From Macrostomum lignano (lineage: Eukaryota): a stretch of DNA of 64,000 nucleotides. Both the position numbers and the translations under genes were made by a program. Shown piece by piece: positions 60,987-64,000 of this stretch. The DNA lies in NCBI GenBank assembly GCA_002269645.1, contig NIVC01000140.1, positions 186,001 to 250,000 on the forward strand, in the 5' to 3' direction. Under the pieces are notes generated by a model. That model saw only the letters and a list, made by a program, of their open reading frames with translations, made no database searches and was not told the origin of the DNA. Each line of letters starts with the position of its first letter. Position 1 is the first letter of the stretch.

Positions 60987-62897
60987 ATGGCACCACAAAA
61001 TCTGCCAGTCAGGAAGTTGTCCGTAGCCCCTGAGGCGTACACGGGCACCTGTTTGGCAATCAGCGGACTCGGAGGAATCGCCTTCGGCCTTTTTCTGCTG
61101 GCAAACGGCTGTGTCGCCTACTCTGACGCTGCGTGGCTCTGCATCTTCACGGGAGCCGTGGAATCTGTTCCAGGCCTGACTTCGCTGCTGTTCTGCAGGT
61201 GTGGCTGCGGCTCGTACGCTGAGCTGAGCTACTATGCGCGGCTTACCGTGGCCTGCACGATCCTGACCGCGGCCTCCGTGTTCCTGTCCGTGTCCGGTTG
61301 GATTCTGTTCGGCCTCGGGATGGAACTCAACAGCCCGCTCGCTCCCGGATACAGTGAGGAGAGCGACTTCTGCGAAGACAACACTTTTGGCTACTTCATC
61401 AGCTTTCTCCTGTTCACACTGATTTTTGGCGCCGCTCACCTGGCATTTCTGCTCACCATCATCTTCAGCATTTTCCGCGACTCGGCCGCCTCTGATTCAA
61501 CGGAGTCTCCCTTTGCAGTGGCGGCCTACCCCGAGCCTGGCCGCAACTTCCAGTCCCTGCCGCCTTCGTTGGTGCCGCCGCCAGCCACCAATCCGGACTT
61601 GTGAGTGCTTTTCACTGGCCTAAGTATGAACTTGTGAGTGCTTTTCACTGGCCTAAGTATGAACTTGTAAGTGCTTTTCACTGGCCTAAGCATGAACTTG
61701 TGAGTGCTTTTCACTGGCCTAAGCATGAACTTGTGAGTGCTTTTCACTGGCCTAAGTATGAACTTGTGAGTGCTTTTCACTGGCCTAAGTATGAACTTGT
61801 GAGTGCTTTTCACTGGCCTAAGTATGAACTTGTGAGTGCTTTTCACTGGCCTAAGCATGAACTTGTGAGTGCTTTTCACTGGCCTAAGTATGAACTTGTG
61901 AGTGCTTTTCACTGGCCTAAGTATGAACTTGTGAGTGCTTTTCACTGGCCTAAGTATGAACTTGTGAGTGCTTTTCACTGGCCTAAGCATGAACTTGTGA
62001 GTGCTTTTCACTGGCCTAAGTATGAACTTGTGAGTGCTTTTCATTGGTCTAAGTATGAACTTGTAAGTGCTTTTCACTGGCCCAAGCATGGACTTGTAAG
62101 TGCTTTTCACTGGCCTAAGCATGGACTTGTAAGTGCTTTTCACTGGCCTAAGCATGGACTTGTAAGTGCTTTTCACTGGCCTAAGCATGGCTACAACGTG
62201 CCAAAGAGATTGCAATGTTCTACTTGAATGTCCTCTGCGCAGTGCGCAGTCAGAACTAATGCGATTTCACTTTCCCGCCACCCCCCTCCCCAGCAAGGTC
62301 TTCCTGCCCACCGACAAGTCGCTCGGCCTGACCGCCTCTGCAGCCACCGGCGTCGCCACTGCGCTGGTGGGCCTGGCCGGAGCCGCCGTCGCGTTAGCCA
62401 TCCTGAACGCCGGCTGTCCGTGGAGTCTGGACAGTCTCAGCGCCAGCCTCATCCTGGGCTGCTTTCTTGCCCCGAGTGGCGGTCTGACGGCTCCCATGCT
62501 GAGTAGTCGGGGTCGGCCAAGACGCCGCATCCGCCTGATGACGGCGAGCATCGCCAGCGTCTGCGTCTGCGTCTGCCTGAGTGCCGGGCAGCTGCTCGCC
62601 GTGGCGCTGGACCTGATGAGCTATGCTCAGGAGCGAGCGCCCCGGCTGCCATTCCAGGACAGGGGCAGCTTCAGCTACGTACCCCGGTACCCCGCCTGCG
62701 AGTCCAAGCGCGTGTTCGTCTCCGTGTTCGGGCCCGGAGCGCTGGGCTTCTGCCTGCTGCACCTCACCGTCTCCAGCGTCGGCTTTCACTACTTCAGGAA
62801 GAGCAGCGCTGCCGCGACCGCTGACAAAGCCGCTGCCGACGAAGACGGCGCTGCTCAGGTCGTGCCACTGATGCCGCAGGAGCAGCAGCTTCAGTGA
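60987..62897 (+). CDS. Multi-pass membrane protein, two tandem 4-TM (CD20/MS4A-like topology) modules, 2 exons, 405 aa
   Basis: Exons 60987-61600 and 62294-62897, joined by a phase-2 GT-AG intron (TT+C = Phe), total 1218 nt. Eight hydrophobic segments. Family assignment is tentative. Confidence 0.75.
61597..62190. repeat. 33-bp array spanning the donor of the membrane-protein intron (ACTT|GTGAGTGCTTTTCACTGGCCTAAGTATGA)
   Basis: About 18 copies with GTGAGT or GTAAGT variants. Confidence 0.94.
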
Positions 62898-63070
62898 CTG
62901 GGGCGTGCGATACAGTCTGTGGAATCTGACAGCAAAACTGCGGAGCGGGAGGCTCAGATTTTAGCTGCAGTCTTATTGCATTATGAACTGGCTGCCACAA
63001 CGAAAAAATAAATATTTTATACGTCTGCAGGAGATACTCGTCGCATGCTACTGATAGCATGCATGCATCA

Positions 63071-64000
63071 GCTCAGCCAGCAGCAGCTCAGAACCAGCTC
63101 AACTCCCTGCTTGCAGCCATCAGCAGCTCAGAGCCAGCTCAACTACTCCCTGCTTGCAGCCAGCAGCAGCTCAGAGCCAGCTCAACTCCCTGCTTGCAGC
63201 CATCAGCAGCTCAGAACCAGCTCAACTCCCTGCTTGCAGCCATCAGCAGCTCAGAGCCAGCTCAACTACTCCCTGCTTGCAGCCATCAGCAGCTCAGAGC
63301 CAGCTCAACTCCCTGCTTGCAGCCATCAGCAGCTCAGAGCCAGCTCAACTACTCCCTGCTTGCAGCCATCAGCAGCTCAGAGCCAGCTCAACTCCCTGCT
63401 TGCAGCCATCAGCAGCTCAGAACCAGCTCAACTCCCTGCTTGCAGCCATCAGCAGCTCAGAGCCAGCTCAACTACTCCCTGCTTGCAGCCATCAGCAGCT
63501 CAGAACCAGCTCAACTCCCTGCTTGCAGCCAGCAGCAGCTCAGAACCAGCTCAACTCCCTGCTTGCAGCCATTGCAGCCAGCAGCAGCTCAGAGCCAGCT
63601 CAACTCCCTGCTTGCAGCCAGCAGCAGCTCAGAGCCAGCTCAACTCCCTGCTTGCAGCCAGCAGCAGCTCAGAGCCAGCTCAACTCCCTGCTTGCAGCCA
63701 GCAGCAGCTCAGAGCCAGCTCAACTCCCTGCTTGCAGCCAGCAGCAGCTCAGAGCCAGCTCAACTCCCTGCTTGTAGCCAGCAGCAGCAGCTCAGAGCCA
63801 GCTCAACTACCTGCTTGCAGCCAGCAGCAGCTCAGAGCCAGCTCAACTACCTGCTTGCAGCCAGCAGCAGCTCAGAGCCAGCTCAACTCCCTGCTTTCTG
63901 CCATCAGCAGCAGCTCAGAACCAGCTCAACTCCCTGCTTTCTGCCATCAGCAGCAGCTCAGAACCAGCTCAACTCCCTGCTTTCTGCCATCAGCAGCAGC
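63071..64000. repeat. About 40-43-bp degenerate minisatellite (CAGCAGCTCAGAGCCAGCTCAACTCCCTGCTTGCAGCCAT), truncated by the window edge
   Basis: Tandem copies running to the end of the window. Confidence 0.92.

Overview
Eukaryotic (animal) genomic DNA, not prokaryotic: GT-AG introns, GC-rich exons and about 30 unrelated tandem arrays covering roughly 17-18 kb (sum of the intervals listed). The style resembles the flatworm Macrostomum (inference only, not verified). Six genes were reconstructed by hand with consistent splice phases: a single-exon Hairy/E(spl) bHLH-WRPW repressor (4368-4805); a 19-exon, 1253-aa mosaic serine protease (SRCR-CTL-kringle-LDLa2-PAN-LDLa-SRCR-LDLa-SRCR-trypsin, 15382-27038); a theta-class GST (minus strand) head-to-head with a divergent BiP/GRP78; an intronless BTB protein; and a 405-aa membrane protein made of two tandem 4-TM modules. 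Mobile DNA comprises a near-intact LOA/R1-like LINE, a head-to-tail array of non-autonomous Helitron-like elements, two solo LTRs with 4-bp TSDs and a MITE-like foldback. The best leads are: (1) intronic minisatellites whose unit is a copy of the 5' splice site or exon-intron junction, giving arrays of decoy donors; (2) a Drosophila E(spl)-style K-box (miR-2 family site) in the HES 3' UTR; (3) a dense GCCATAAA (Cdx/posterior Hox) motif cluster with a CSL site in the gene-free region next to HES.
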